From IMG/VR virus record IMGVR_UViG_3300005326_000040, positions 274,056 through 338,055 of that record: a stretch of DNA of 64,000 nt. One strand, 5' to 3'. Of this stretch, positions 63,663-64,000 are shown piece after piece (positions within the stretch are counted from its first letter, which is position 1; the number at the start of each line of letters is the position of its first letter). Below the pieces are notes generated by a model. The model ran no database searches. It saw nothing but the letters and a program-made list of their open reading frames with translations, and was not told the DNA's origin. The DNA comes from a virus (taxonomy: Duplodnaviria; Caudoviricetes). The position numbers and the translations under genes were made by a program.

Positions 63663-64000
63663 CTAATCAATCCTTTCAAAACCTTTTCCTCGCTCAGGAC
63701 TGGTAGATACCATCTTAATTGGGGCGCGAATATATTGACCAATCTCTTCAACATATTCCAAAACAGAATTGGTTTTGATGGTGTTGTATGAAATGTCAGC
63801 GCTATTTCTGCTGGCATATTCCATAGCAAATGCATCAGCGCAATTTGTGGAACAATTTTCTAGCTTGTACTTGGTAGCGTACTTTATTTCCATACCTTCC
63901 AATACGTCAAACTTTGTCATAACCAATTCATCAAAACCATTGATCATGCAAAAATAATTCAAAACAAGAAAGTCTAACCACCCCACTCTTCTCTATCCTT
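63663..64000 (-). pseudogene. purA: Adenylosuccinate synthetase C-terminal part, apparently frameshifted and truncated by window end
   Basis: RRVGWLD, NGFDELVMTKFDVLEG and VSTSPER match PurA. An in-frame TAG at 63993-63995 lies immediately before RRVGWLD. Confidence 0.6.

Noticed and set aside
341-63957. Numerous 60-150 aa opposite-strand or alternate-frame ORFs in the track (e.g. 2435..2848, 5119..5562, 31528..31932, 50619..50918, 56199..56432)
   Set aside because: They overlap well-supported genes, lack SD sites and have no recognisable motifs; treated as shadow ORFs.
1-64000. Genome-wide TAG reassignment, prompted by the in-frame TAG in purA
   Set aside because: Many genes end in TAG right before the next start (620, 12442, 19427, 32463, 42426, 54261), and long conserved genes are intact under the standard code. 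A 1-nt insertion explains purA better.
63663-64000. PurZ (diaminopurine genome) assignment
   Set aside because: The visible C-terminus (NGxxxLxxTKxDVL) looks like ordinary PurA, and the diagnostic N-terminal residue lies outside the window. Not supportable either way.
1-64000. Diversity-generating retroelement, retron or phage-nucleus shell/tubulin
   Set aside because: No reverse transcriptase (YxDD), template/variable repeat pair, PhuZ tubulin motif or multisubunit RNAP fragments were recognised.

Overview
AT-rich segment of a large tailed-type dsDNA bacteriophage (jumbo-like, standard genetic code). No CRISPR array, tRNA, rRNA, intein or transposase was recognised. (1) About 1-16.5 kb, + strand: replication, recombination and chaperone module (dNMP kinase, RecB/Cas4-type nuclease, trigger factor, DnaE, SSB, RuvC-like, DnaJ, RecA, DnaG core, sigma region-4 protein). 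(2) About 16.5-51.3 kb, + strand: a very large head module (terminase, portal, prohead protease/scaffold, two decoration-like paralogues, HK97-type major capsid protein, about 20 uncharacterised proteins, a CCA-type nucleotidyltransferase and a Tyr/dual-specificity phosphatase). It is interrupted by an inverted 4-gene cassette (GMP reductase/IMPDH-like, nucleotidyltransferase, two membrane paralogues). (3) About 51.5-55.4 kb: homing endonuclease, cysteine desulfurase, cold-shock protein. (4) About 55.3-64 kb, mostly - strand: three candidate peptidoglycan hydrolases, MORN-like repeat proteins, YkgJ, SMR-like, a bL12-domain fusion, ATP-grasp and a frameshifted PurA C-terminus. The strongest candidate for an undescribed system is in the head module. 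The uncharacterised proteins share a recurrent hydrophobic-x-K-x-A motif (putative maturation cleavage site, absent from both decoration proteins), three shared peptide modules, and amphipathic or transmembrane helices placed directly after the motif. Their genes share an AATR-N6-YAT promoter-like motif. Together this suggests a protease-activated, capsid-packaged injection cargo system. All functional calls come from motif recognition by eye; no database searches were run.
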